A stretch of 64,000 nt of DNA, from assembly GCA_964436165.1 (NCBI GenBank), contig CAYTBY010000001.1, forward strand, positions 73,452 to 137,451, given 5' to 3'. A program made the position numbers and the translations under genes. The notes under the pieces are model-generated. The model saw nothing but the letters and a program-made list of their open reading frames with translations, did not search any database and was not told the origin of the DNA. Of this stretch, positions 17,584-25,777 are shown in pieces (the first letter of the stretch is position 1; every line of letters starts with the position of its first letter). Origin of the DNA: an uncultured Candidatus Saccharibacteria bacterium. Its GTDB lineage: Bacteria; Patescibacteriota; Minisyncoccia; 2-02-FULL-40-12; GWA2-44-9.

Positions 17584-19023
17584 ATGGCTAAAACACCTAA
17601 ATTATTTGCCGATCATTTTTATAAATTTTTCCAATGTCCGCATTGGATTTGGTACGACATCTATGCCGATGCGACCCAGAAAAAGAAAACCCCGGCGATA
17701 ATTGATATGATATATAAAGGCAAAGTTGCTAACGGAGCTAACATTCTGCGTGAGCATAAAAAATTCGAAGAAATAAAACCCGAGCTTTTACACGATCTGG
17801 AAGAAGCGTTTCTAGCTACTCTTGAAATGATGAAGCAAGGGAAAAATATTTATCATGGCGTCTTAATGCACGAGGATTGGGCGGGGATGCCGGATCTGCT
17901 TGAGGCAAGGCCAGGCAAGTCTAAACTCGGCGATTGGTACTATGTTGTCTATGATGTCCAGGCGTCTCTTGATCTTCGCGATGAGTATAAATTCCAATTA
18001 ATTTTTTACAGTTTAATTCTTGAACGTCTTCAGGGGGTCCGGCCAAAAGAGGCTTATGTTATTGATCCCCAGGGTAATGAGCGGTCTTTTAAAGTAGATG
18101 AATTTGTGGACCAGTTTCATCTGACCCGCGAGCAAATCGAAAAAATCTTGGATGGCGAGAAGCCGGCGCCATTTATTAAATCGACCTGCAAGAAAACCCC
18201 CTGGTATTCTCTTTGTTTCTCCGATGCCAAGGAGTGTAATGACGTTTCTCTGATATTTCGTTTGAGCCAGGCCGATCAAAGGCGATTATATGGTATTGGC
18301 ATTAAAACGGTTAGTGACTTGTCGGGAGCTGATGTGAATGAACTTCAGAATAAGCTAGAGGATTGGTCTTTTGATAAAATTGTCCGCTTTGTAAATCAAG
18401 CCAAAGCCCTTACAAATTATCAGCCGATGGTTTTGCGGAAGCCAATTTTTCCAGAGGTTGAACATGAAATATATTTTGATATCGAAGCCGATCCGACCAG
18501 GGACATCGATTACTTGTTGGGCTATTTGGTGAAAAGCAAGGACGGGGTTAAGTATAATTATTTCTTAGCTAATGATAAAAGCGAAGAAGAGGTGATTTGG
18601 AAAAAGTTCTTGGATTTCTTGGCCAAGCTCGATAATTTCGTTATTTATCATTATGCTTTTTATGAAAGGCAGGTTTTTGACCGCCTCGTTCTTAGATATG
18701 GCGCCCCCACGGTTTTAATCGAAAAATTTAAAGAAAACACTATAGATCTTTATAATAAAACAGTTGATACGGCTGTTCTGCCATTGTATTTTTATAGCCT
18801 AAAAGATGTGGCCGGATACCTCGGCTACAAATGGGATGATCCTACAGCCGGCGGAGCCGAATCTGTTGTCTGGTACAATGATTGGTTAGATAAGCGTGAT
18901 CCCGTGATTATGAAAAAAATCTTAAAATACAACGAAGACGATGTCCGGGCGACCCTCTTGATCAAAGAGTGGCTCGTGAACCAGAAACCCTCAAAACGAA
19001 GGGAAAAGCTGGACGAAGAATAA
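17584..19023 (+). CDS. TM0106-family RecB-like nuclease (N-terminal Cas4-like PD-(D/E)xK domain plus C-terminal RNase-H-like exonuclease domain)
   Basis: N-terminal FQCPHWIWYDIY and Cys cluster CKKTPWYSLCFSDAKEC. C-terminal YFDIEADPTRDIDYLLGY is a DnaQ/YprB-like exonuclease motif. Confidence 0.5.
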   Translation: MAKTPKLFADHFYKFFQCPHWIWYDIYADATQKKKTPAIIDMIYKGKVANGANILREHKKFEEIKPELLHDLEEAFLATLEMMKQGKNIYHGVLMHEDWAGMPDLLEARPGKSKLGDWYYVVYDVQASLDLRDEYKFQLIFYSLILERLQGVRPKEAYVIDPQGNERSFKVDEFVDQFHLTREQIEKILDGEKPAPFIKSTCKKTPWYSLCFSDAKECNDVSLIFRLSQADQRRLYGIGIKTVSDLSGADVNELQNKLEDWSFDKIVRFVNQAKALTNYQPMVLRKPIFPEVEHEIYFDIEADPTRDIDYLLGYLVKSKDGVKYNYFLANDKSEEEVIWKKFLDFLAKLDNFVIYHYAFYERQVFDRLVLRYGAPTVLIEKFKENTIDLYNKTVDTAVLPLYFYSLKDVAGYLGYKWDDPTAGGAESVVWYNDWLDKRDPVIMKKILKYNEDDVRATLLIKEWLVNQKPSKRREKLDEE

Positions 19024-19074
19024 ATTTAATCATTACATTAAGTATAGAGTCCTGCAACGGGACTTAAATTTTAT

Positions 19075-19103
19075 TTGACAAAAATATAAAAATAGAGTAT
19101 AAA
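19075..19103 (+). promoter_or_regulatory. Sigma70-like promoter for the 19143 gene
   Basis: TTGACA, then 17 nt, then TATAAA. RBS ggaaagagg 11 nt before ATG 19143. A hairpin-plus-T terminator of the upstream gene lies immediately before. Confidence 0.5.
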
Positions 19104-19142
19104 AATATAGATTGTATTGATATGGAAAGAGGTCTTTAACAC

Positions 19143-19739
19143 ATGGGTTCAAATAAAAACCTGCAAGCCGTAGGCAATCTATCCGGGCATGAAATTATCG
19201 GGACGAGGCAGTTGGGTGAATGGCCGAAAGATGAGATGGTGCGCCTTTGGGTCAGCGTATCTTCCGGAATCGTAAAGTATGGATTTACGATAGAGTATCG
19301 TGATCTAGAGTCGCCTCGCACGGGCATATTCGATGGAATAAGAATAGTCATCGACCCAGACGTGGGGTTTGAGATGCAGTGTTTTCTTCTTCTGCACCTT
19401 TTTGGTCATTCAGTTCAATGGGTTGCTCCATCGCTTGAACATAAGCTTGGAGAACTGCAGAATACGCAGGACCAGAAGCGCTTTATGCAAGTCTTGCACG
19501 ACTACGAGTTCGAAGCGGCTAGCTTTGGTATGCAGCTTATTCGAGAGGTTGGTGTCAAGGGTCTTGATCAATGGTACAGTGATTTTGTAGCAACTGACTG
19601 GAGATATGTCGAGGGATATTATCAAACAGGTTCGTTGCCAGATTGGAAAACTTGCATAGTCCGCGACTGTCCTACTATCTTGCCGGCGCCGATTCCGAAA
19701 CTACGGCATCGTCAAGTTGAAGTACGATTTGCTTTTTAA
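19143..19739 (+). CDS. Hypothetical protein (198 aa), first gene of a GC-rich island
   Basis: ORF with clear RBS. Contains LLLHLFGHSVQW but no recognisable HExxH. GC content visibly higher than flanking genes. Confidence 0.4.
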   Translation: MGSNKNLQAVGNLSGHEIIGTRQLGEWPKDEMVRLWVSVSSGIVKYGFTIEYRDLESPRTGIFDGIRIVIDPDVGFEMQCFLLLHLFGHSVQWVAPSLEHKLGELQNTQDQKRFMQVLHDYEFEAASFGMQLIREVGVKGLDQWYSDFVATDWRYVEGYYQTGSLPDWKTCIVRDCPTILPAPIPKLRHRQVEVRFAF

Positions 19740-19842
19740 ATAGCCGCTGCTTGGTCAAGCAGCTTTTTGTTTCGGTTGACAAAAATCTTTATTTAATTTA
19801 TTATATTATTGGTTCATTTCCAAACAAAACGAAGGAGAAGCT

Positions 19843-20463
19843 GTGAAGAAGATCATAGTGTGTCTCGTTGCGGCGGTCGGAATTCTTTTGGCGGATCAGG
19901 CGCCGGCTCAAGTTCTGGCTACCGCCGAAACCGGCGGTAAAGGCAATCACGCAGTATTAGTTTCTGCTAACGGTCTTTACCCTGAAGGCCTCACTCTTTT
20001 CAACGCCTATGGGCAATATGTTTACGGACTGACTGACTATATTGATGTGACAGTAGCCTACGGCAATATTTCTGCTTTAGGTGAAAGTCAAAATTATGTT
20101 GGCCTTGGATGGAATGCTGTTCTTCTTCGGAGAAGCCAGGCTTTCGTTGATGTTTCTTTTTTCAATGTTATTACTCTGCCCTTGAGCAACAGGAGCCAAG
20201 CCTCAACAGTTGTAATGACGCCTGCGGTTGTTGTAAGCAGGCCGATGACTGTGGCCGGAAAGTCCATAACCATCTATAGCGGATTGAACTCTCTGGTTCC
20301 AATCGGAGCTACACAAAATAAATTATTTACGCCGCCCGAAACCCTTTTTAATGTTCCCATCGGCATTTCGATGCCTTTAAGTAAGAAATGGATAGTTTGT
20401 GCTGAAGTTGATCCGGGTACTAACTTGAAAACATTAGGCCTTGGTGTTGTAAGGACCTTCTAA
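19843..20463 (+). CDS. Secreted beta-rich protein (signal peptide), GTG start, hypothetical
   Basis: RBS aaggagaag before GTG. N-terminus MKKIIVCLVAAVGILLADQAPAQVLA is signal-peptide-like. Own promoter (TTGACA-17-TATTAT) and terminator. Confidence 0.5.
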   Translation: MKKIIVCLVAAVGILLADQAPAQVLATAETGGKGNHAVLVSANGLYPEGLTLFNAYGQYVYGLTDYIDVTVAYGNISALGESQNYVGLGWNAVLLRRSQAFVDVSFFNVITLPLSNRSQASTVVMTPAVVVSRPMTVAGKSITIYSGLNSLVPIGATQNKLFTPPETLFNVPIGISMPLSKKWIVCAEVDPGTNLKTLGLGVVRTF

Positions 20464-20561
20464 CCAAAATCCCGACAAGTTGTCGGGTTTTTTATTCCTA
20501 GAATTGTTGGTGTTGACACCGTCCTAACCATATGCTATCATTCTAACCGCGTTAAGGTCCT

Positions 20562-21284
20562 TTGAAAATTCAACAGGAACCTGGGAGGGCACAAGAGATG
20601 GGATTGGTGGCATCTTTGCGTAGAAATTTTATGAAAGATGAAGATAAGAATCCGTCTGCGGTGACGGTAAATTCCGGTTTAGCCGGACTTCAGGCACCGT
20701 TAGCGGGTGTTACCCCTAGATCAATATTCTCGCCATTGTCTTCACCGGCAACTCAATATCAGTCCACCGTAAATACGGCCGAGGTTGATCCTCAACTTCA
20801 TGATGCATTGCTTTCAGCGATGAATAAAGTACCGGCCCCCGGACTTCAGGAGTTGTTACTTGTCATGGATGGGCTTGCAAATAGTCTTCCTCAAAATCAA
20901 CTTTGTCAAGTTGCTCTGAATGTTGTTGCGAAAAAGAACATTACATTAGCTCAAATTCAGGATGAATTATCTAAACGTCTGGCAGCACTCGATAAAGAAA
21001 ATGATGATTTTGTTGGAGCAGCTGAACGTCAATATAGTGTTGACATCGGTTCCAAAGAATCAGCCATTGCTTCAGATGATCAGCAGATAGCAGGCCTAAA
21101 TCAACAGATCATAAGTTTACAGGAAAAGATAAGAAATTTGGAAGGGCACAAAGCCAAGCTGCAAGAAGAAAATTCTGCTAGGAAGCAGGTAATTGACAAG
21201 AAAAAGGGCGGACTTGCCGCAGCCCATGCAAAGTTAAGGCAAGACGCGGCTTCGTTGCAAAACAGAATCTCTGGCGGAAGCTAG
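20562..21284 (+). CDS. Coiled-coil protein, hypothetical
   Basis: The C-terminal half is heptad-rich (QQIISLQEKIRNLEGHKAKLQEENSARKQ). The start may be an internal ATG (MGLVASL… or MKDEDK…). Confidence 0.4.
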   Translation: MKIQQEPGRAQEMGLVASLRRNFMKDEDKNPSAVTVNSGLAGLQAPLAGVTPRSIFSPLSSPATQYQSTVNTAEVDPQLHDALLSAMNKVPAPGLQELLLVMDGLANSLPQNQLCQVALNVVAKKNITLAQIQDELSKRLAALDKENDDFVGAAERQYSVDIGSKESAIASDDQQIAGLNQQIISLQEKIRNLEGHKAKLQEENSARKQVIDKKKGGLAAAHAKLRQDAASLQNRISGGS

Positions 21285-21300
21285 AGGAAAGGAGAGACAG

Positions 21301-22356
21301 ATGGAAACAGGAACGTCGAACCCGTCCTCTCTGTCCGACTTCGTCGGCGGAAAGGTAAAAGGATTTTGGGAGCGAAAAGAAGGAACTACCGGAATGGCAG
21401 TTGTCGCTCTCGCTGCCGTTGCAATTTTTGTGGGTTGGGGAGTGATCGTGCCATTCATTGTAGCGACTCTGCTCAATACTATTTATGCCGGGATTCTCAT
21501 CGTGGCGCTTGCTTTCATGTTAGCTACCCGTGGAGTATGGGTATCCATGTTCCAGAGTGCTTGTCGGGGTTTGACCCGCCTTTGGGCGAATATCGACCCG
21601 ATTGGTATCATGGAAGAAGATTTACGGCAGGATAAAAAAGAGCTTCTTGCTTTGGATAAGAATATGGACGAGCTTTCCGGTCAGGTTGAAGGTCTTCAAA
21701 AAGATGAAGAAAGTACAAAAGATAGTATTAATCAGGCTATGCGAGCTACTAAACAGGCAAGAGACAAGATTCAATCAGGAAAATTATCTTCTGCTGATCA
21801 GGAGGCGATGAATCGTCAGTTAATGCTTAATGGCAATGATGCCACTCGTAAGCAGGATTATCTCAAGTCTTTACTAAATCTCATGTCCACCCTGAAAGAT
21901 ATTTATAAGATGGCAGAGAAATGGCGTGGTCATCTTGATTATTTAATTCAGGATCGCGAAAATTTCATCACCATTTCAAAGAAAAAGCGTAGGATGTCAA
22001 TTACTGGCAATAACATCGTGAACAGGATGAAGGGTATTCTCCATGTCGATCCCGATCGGGTATATATGCTGAATGCAGCCATTGAAGCGCAAGCAGCACA
22101 ATACAATCAGCGTGTAGGTACGATCAAGAATTTTGTACGCACTTATCGAGACACTTTAGTTAAAGGTGACTTACAGAATGAAATGCATGCTCAGCAGGCG
22201 TTGCGCCAACTTGAAGAGTGGGAACGTCAACAGGGTGAGGCTGCTATTCAGCAGATCGAATCGAGAGATTTGAGTATGGCTGAGGTACATCCTCTTGCTG
22301 TATCGGCATCGGAAGTGAAAGCTTCCACTACGGAGCGGGCGAAGTATTTTCAATGA
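21301..22356 (+). CDS. Membrane-anchored (2 TM) coiled-coil protein, possibly PspA/IM30-like
   Basis: N-terminal TM helices (MAVVALAAVAIFVGWGVIVPFIVATLL; ILIVALAFMLA), then about 250 aa of predicted helix. WANIDPIGIMEEDLRQDKKEL loosely resembles the PspA N-terminus. Coupled RBS aggagag. Confidence 0.35.
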   Translation: METGTSNPSSLSDFVGGKVKGFWERKEGTTGMAVVALAAVAIFVGWGVIVPFIVATLLNTIYAGILIVALAFMLATRGVWVSMFQSACRGLTRLWANIDPIGIMEEDLRQDKKELLALDKNMDELSGQVEGLQKDEESTKDSINQAMRATKQARDKIQSGKLSSADQEAMNRQLMLNGNDATRKQDYLKSLLNLMSTLKDIYKMAEKWRGHLDYLIQDRENFITISKKKRRMSITGNNIVNRMKGILHVDPDRVYMLNAAIEAQAAQYNQRVGTIKNFVRTYRDTLVKGDLQNEMHAQQALRQLEEWERQQGEAAIQQIESRDLSMAEVHPLAVSASEVKASTTERAKYFQ

Positions 22357-22377
22357 GTCTTGGCGGCGGGCAGTAGT

Positions 22378-22407
22378 GTTTAGGGACAGAATCCTCTGTC
22401 CCTAAAC
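22378..22407 (+). promoter_or_regulatory. Perfect 13-bp-stem hairpin in the leader of the ABC transporter operon
   Basis: gtttagggacaga-atcc-tctgtccctaaac; not followed by a T-run. Lies 48 nt upstream of ATG 22455. Confidence 0.4.
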
Positions 22408-22454
22408 ATCGGAAACACGGCGGCGGAGAAAGAGAAAGAAAAAGGAGAAGGGCC

Positions 22455-24029
22455 ATGATCGACTGGACCAAACCAATTCCGAAATTCGGGCGCATCCTCG
22501 TAGCGGTGCTCGTTCTCGTTATGGGCGGGCGCTATCTGTTGAGCAAGACTGGTGTCACAACCAGTTCTGGCTCAACGTCAGCTATTCCGGCGGCACCGTC
22601 ATCAGGTGGTGCGTTGTCGGGCCTGACAAATCTGTTCAGCGGCAACAAGCCGTTGACGGTCTGCACCAATACCTGGGGCGGATATGCTGCGATGTACTAC
22701 TACAACGGCGGTAACACACCGTCCAAGGACTCCCGTTTCTATAAGGAGCAGGGCGTCCAGGTCGGTTTCGTGAATATCGATCCGCTTGGAGAATCGCGCG
22801 ATGCATGGAAATCTGACAGTTGTCAGGTTCTGTGGGTCACGGTTGACAGTTTTCCAACGGAATCGGCGGACTTGGCAGGGCTGAAGCCGAAGGTTTTCGT
22901 TCAGTATGACTGGTCGCGAGGCGGCGACGTTGTTATCGGCAGCGCCTCAGTTCGTTCGGTTCGGGACTTGCGCGGGAAGAAAGTCGCAGCAGCGACTGGC
23001 TCGCCTTCAATGACCCTTCTGGCCAAGCTCTTGGAAGCCGGTAGTCTTCGATATAGCGATATCGAGTTCATCGGTACTGATTCAGCTCCGCAAGCTGCGG
23101 AATTATTTAGGGCCGGGAAGGTTGATGTGGCCGTTGTCTGGTCGCCTGACGATCAGGATGCCCTAAAGGCAGTGTCCGGTTCTCGGGTATTGATGAGCAC
23201 GAAAGACGTGCCATATGCCATTGCGGACGTTTTGTACGCGAAGGAGTCGGTCATCAACGAACGCAGGGAAGATCTGGTCGGATTTACGGCCGGAGTTCTT
23301 ACGGCGTCGGCTGAACTGAATGCCAGTTCATCGGTTCGCAAACAGGCGGCGGCAGTTCTTGCCAAGGCAATGAAGCAGGACGTCGGATTCATGGAAGGCG
23401 CCGTTGAGAACGTGAGGTTCACGACTTACGGCGACAACCTTTCATTCTTCGAGATGACGGGTACCTCCAGAGGCTCTGTTACGGGCCAGGAGCTCTACAG
23501 TCAGATGGGCGCTACGTTTGCCGAACTTGGGTTAGCTCCCAATTCCTTGCCGAGCTGGCGGTCATTGACCGACACCTCGATCTTGGAAGCGGTGGGTACG
23601 AAGCTCAAGGCGACAGGTGATCAGGCGGCCGAAGGTGCCTTCAAGTTCTCGGCGCCGACTGCCGCAGAAGCGAGTGCGGAAGCATTTGCCACCAAGCACC
23701 TAACCGTTAACTTTGCAACAGATTCAGCCGAGCTTGATCTGGCTGCCAAGAAAACGATCGACAACGCTTTGGCGGGTACGGCTAAGTCATTTGCCAGTGT
23801 TCGGGCCCGTATCGTCGGCAACACCGACAATACCGGGTCGGCTGCCCATAACAGAGAACTGTCTCAACGCCGGGCTAATGCCGTGGCCGAATATCTTGTC
23901 AGAACTTATGGGTTTGACAAGAATCGATTTACGTCGCGGGGCGACGGTCCGGATAATCCGGTTGTGCCGAATACTACGCCTGAGGGAAGAGCCCAGAACC
24001 GCAGAACCGATTTCGAGCTAACCAAGTAA
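22455..24029 (+). CDS. ABC transporter substrate-binding protein (NitT/TauT-like) fused to a C-terminal OmpA/MotB peptidoglycan-binding domain
   Basis: N-terminal TM anchor. Periplasmic-binding-protein-like middle region. C-terminal NTDNTGSAAHNRELSQRRANAVAEYLV…RAQNRRTDFEL is an OmpA_C-like signature. Confidence 0.6.
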   Translation: MIDWTKPIPKFGRILVAVLVLVMGGRYLLSKTGVTTSSGSTSAIPAAPSSGGALSGLTNLFSGNKPLTVCTNTWGGYAAMYYYNGGNTPSKDSRFYKEQGVQVGFVNIDPLGESRDAWKSDSCQVLWVTVDSFPTESADLAGLKPKVFVQYDWSRGGDVVIGSASVRSVRDLRGKKVAAATGSPSMTLLAKLLEAGSLRYSDIEFIGTDSAPQAAELFRAGKVDVAVVWSPDDQDALKAVSGSRVLMSTKDVPYAIADVLYAKESVINERREDLVGFTAGVLTASAELNASSSVRKQAAAVLAKAMKQDVGFMEGAVENVRFTTYGDNLSFFEMTGTSRGSVTGQELYSQMGATFAELGLAPNSLPSWRSLTDTSILEAVGTKLKATGDQAAEGAFKFSAPTAAEASAEAFATKHLTVNFATDSAELDLAAKKTIDNALAGTAKSFASVRARIVGNTDNTGSAAHNRELSQRRANAVAEYLVRTYGFDKNRFTSRGDGPDNPVVPNTTPEGRAQNRRTDFELTK

Positions 24030-24043
24030 TGCCAGTAACAGTC

Positions 24044-24080
24044 GTAAAGATCAAAGGGGTAGGCGCCAACGGCCCTACCC
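24044..24080 (+). terminator. Intra-operon terminator/attenuator between the binding-protein and permease genes
   Basis: aggggtaggcgccaacggccctacccct hairpin followed by ctttttg. Confidence 0.5.
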
Positions 24081-24111
24081 CTCTTTTTGTAAGCACAGAA
24101 AGGAGACAGGT

Positions 24112-24918
24112 GTGGTGAAACAACTGCTGGCGGAATTGTTCGAACTCAGAGGGAATTTATCCGGTCAAAAAAAGATCATCATTGAAGTGGTGGGAGCTAT
24201 ATTCTTATTCTTGCTTTGGAAGGTAGTGGCAGATATGGAATTGATCTCGCCTTACATCTTGCCAAAGCCGCTAAATGTTTTCTCATCTTTTGGGGAATTG
24301 TACCGCAAAGATGATCTGATAAATAATATATTGTTCTCAGTTAAGTTGAACTTAGCCGGATGTTTGGAAGCGATCATCATCTCGTTGCCTATTGGATTCG
24401 TACTGGGGCTTTTCCCGGTATTCAAGGCCTTTAGCCAGAGATATCTGAGCGCAAGCCGATTTTTGCCTCTGCCGGCGGTACTTGGGATCTTTATCGCCGG
24501 ATTTGGCATTTACGTGAACATGAAAGTCCAATTCCTGGCAGTGAGCATTATTGTTTACCTTGTACCGGTTGTAGCTCAACGCGTCTCTGAAACGCCCCAA
24601 GTTTACATCGACACGGTCAAAACGCTCGGGGCTTCAAAATGGCAGACCATCCGCTGGGTTTTTATCCCGGATGTGTTTTCCAGGGTCTGGGCTGATATCG
24701 GAGTTTTGAGCGCCATCTCCTGGACCTACATTACTATTGCTGAAAAAATAAACGATAACGAAGGCGGGATAGGAGCTCTTGCAGAAATTTCCCGCCGACA
24801 GAGCAGAATAGATAAGGTGTATGCTGTTGTCATCCTTATTGCCCTTATCGGATGGTCATTTGATAAGGTCCATGCCTGGACGGACAAACGCATGTTTAAA
24901 TTCAAAAGGAGTGCTTAA
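24112..24918 (+). CDS. ABC transporter permease (NitT/TauT family)
   Basis: GTG start with RBS aaaggaga. 6 TM. Conserved TLGASKWQTIRWVFIPDV loop typical of this permease family. Confidence 0.75.
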   Translation: MVKQLLAELFELRGNLSGQKKIIIEVVGAIFLFLLWKVVADMELISPYILPKPLNVFSSFGELYRKDDLINNILFSVKLNLAGCLEAIIISLPIGFVLGLFPVFKAFSQRYLSASRFLPLPAVLGIFIAGFGIYVNMKVQFLAVSIIVYLVPVVAQRVSETPQVYIDTVKTLGASKWQTIRWVFIPDVFSRVWADIGVLSAISWTYITIAEKINDNEGGIGALAEISRRQSRIDKVYAVVILIALIGWSFDKVHAWTDKRMFKFKRSA

Positions 24919-24919
24919 G

Positions 24920-25726
24920 ATGGGTGTTATCCAATTTGCCAACACTGAACTGCCAGATATCCTTGAACTGCGTAATGTTACCCAGAGATATGATAACGGG
25001 AATGTGGTCATTGAGAACCTGGATCTTCTTATCGAAGACCAACCCAATGTAGGCCAATTTGAGGTCATTCTGGGAATGTCAGGATGCGGTAAATCAACCC
25101 TTCTTCGGTATTTCGCCGGCCTCCAAAAGCCAACTGCGGGCGAGGTGTTCATTAAAGGACAGCCCCGCAAAGATAACGATGCTATCAGCATGGTCTTTCA
25201 GCAATATTCATCGATGCACTTTCATACGGTAATGACCAACGTTATGCTGCCCCTGATATTCAGGGGGGTAAATAAAAAGGAAGCTCAACAAAGAGCGATG
25301 GAACTTATTAATGTTGTCGGTTTGGGAGGGCATGAGAAAAAATATGCCCAGTATCCGGCTCTTTCCGGAGGTCAACTCCAGAGGGTGGCGATAGCCAGAA
25401 GCTTGATTGCCAACCCCGAGATCGTGCTAATGGATGAACCATTCGGGGCTCTGGATATCCTTACCAGGACCGGAATGCAGTTGATGATAGCAGATTTGTG
25501 GCAACGGCTGCAATCAACCATTATCTTTGTTACCCACGATATTTCCGAAGCCGTTTTTCTTGCTCAGAACATCTACATCATGGGCGGAAAGCCGGCTAAG
25601 CTCATTGAGCGTATCTCGGTTGATATTCCGTTCCCCCGCACGGTAGCAACGAAACGTTCGTCCCAATTCACAAATCTGGTGGGACAAGTAGAAGATTTAG
25701 TTCTTAGAATGAATCAAGCGGTATAA
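24920..25726 (+). CDS. ABC transporter ATP-binding protein (NitT/TauT family)
   Basis: Walker A GMSGCGKSTL. Signature LSGGQLQRVAIARSL. Walker B VLMDEPFGALD. RBS aaaggag before ATG 24920. The longer ORF from 24821 is a frame run-in. Confidence 0.85.
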   Translation: MGVIQFANTELPDILELRNVTQRYDNGNVVIENLDLLIEDQPNVGQFEVILGMSGCGKSTLLRYFAGLQKPTAGEVFIKGQPRKDNDAISMVFQQYSSMHFHTVMTNVMLPLIFRGVNKKEAQQRAMELINVVGLGGHEKKYAQYPALSGGQLQRVAIARSLIANPEIVLMDEPFGALDILTRTGMQLMIADLWQRLQSTIIFVTHDISEAVFLAQNIYIMGGKPAKLIERISVDIPFPRTVATKRSSQFTNLVGQVEDLVLRMNQAV

Positions 25727-25735
25727 GCTACAAAA

Positions 25736-25764
25736 CAAAAAACCCGATCATCTGATCGGGTTTT
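25736..25764. terminator. Bidirectional terminator between convergent ABC ATPase and AAA ATPase genes
   Basis: aaaaaacccgatcatctgatcgggtttt. Confidence 0.6.
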
Positions 25765-25777
25765 ATATTGTCTTTAT

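Noticed and set aside
24821-24919. Long 5' extension of the ABC ATPase ORF overlapping the permease gene
   Set aside because: The ATG at 24920 with the RBS aaaggag is the natural start. The upstream in-frame portion lies inside the permease coding region.
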